Assembly: GCA_951406725.2 (NCBI GenBank)
Contig: OX597818.1
Coordinates: 75,764,001-75,828,000 of the forward strand
Source of the DNA: Octopus vulgaris
Lineage: Eukaryota
DNA: 64,000 nucleotides
Reading direction: 5' to 3'
A model generated the notes under the pieces. The model ran no database searches, had not been told where the DNA came from, and saw only the letters and a list, made by a program, of their open reading frames with translations. This document shows positions 63,249-64,000 of this stretch, in pieces. How positions within the stretch are numbered: position 1 is the first letter of the stretch; each line of letters starts with the position of its first letter. The position numbers and the translations under genes are program-made.

Positions 63249-64000
63249 CTTTTTTCCCTTCTTTGATATTACAATGCTTCAAGTAATCTACAACACGTAT
63301 ATATATGACAGGATTTTTGCAGTAGACCAAATTCACTCACAAGGCTTTGCTTAGTTGAAGCTATAGTAGAAGATACCTGCCAATGGTACCATGCTATGGG
63401 AAGTAAACTTCTTACCATACAGCCATACCTGCACCTGAAAAAGTATTCACAATGTCCCTGGGTGGACGTTTATGTAAGAAATCTAGAGATGTTAGTATTA
63501 TTCAGTACACAACCTAACTTGCCTCATACCACAACTAAATATATAAAAGACTATCAAGTTACACCAATATATACCTACTAATATAGAGAAAACTATTTTG
63601 GTGATTTCTCTATTAACATAGATCAATATTGACTAAGCGGTGGGTTAGTGGAAGGCATGGCATTTATTGATATCTCTTTTGTGTTGTTCTGAGTTCAAAT
63701 TCAGCAAAGATCAATTTATCAGATAACTAGACACCTATATAGTCATATATATGTATATAAACACACACATACATGAAGATATTCATACACACACAGACAA
63801 CTACATAGACATAATTGTGCTCAAGAAGTTTGGTTCCAAACTACTGGGTTTCAAGTTCAATTCTACTAATGTAAAATTTATTTCATTATCTCATTAAAAA
63901 AAGGAGGTACCAAAAATTTCATGGCTAATTTTTATTTTATTTTATGTTTTTTGATGGTGTAAGAAATTTGATTTTTATTAGTAGGAGAACAACTTTTATA

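Overview
This is AT-rich, repeat-dense eukaryotic DNA. The SINE families and microsatellite load suggest an octopus or other coleoid cephalopod (inference). Two spliced host genes converge. On + are the last 8 coding exons of a CCDC191-like coiled-coil gene (7814-29902). On - is a complete 9-exon GABPA/Ets97D-like ETS factor (61731-45811; about 465 aa; OST, PNT and ETS domains). A young, internally deleted Ty3/Gypsy element lies between them (31727-36541), with a 4-bp TSD, a tRNA-Trp-type PBS and CRE-rich tandem repeats in its LTRs. The first 4.7 kb is a nested stack: Gypsy pol and an LTR, then a 5'-inverted RTE-like LINE inserted into an R4-type LINE. Introns hold a near-intact pogo DD35D transposon, several mariner/maT relics, hAT and TTAA MITEs, and many tRNA-derived SINEs. 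The most unusual signal is a set of short, mutually unrelated, often palindromic or (TA)n-flanked elements. Each carries a type I hammerhead-ribozyme-like core (CUGANGA...GAAA...NUH). Several have very long stem II insertions, and one is fused to a tRNA-like Pol III head. All structures were read by eye; no folding or database searches were run.
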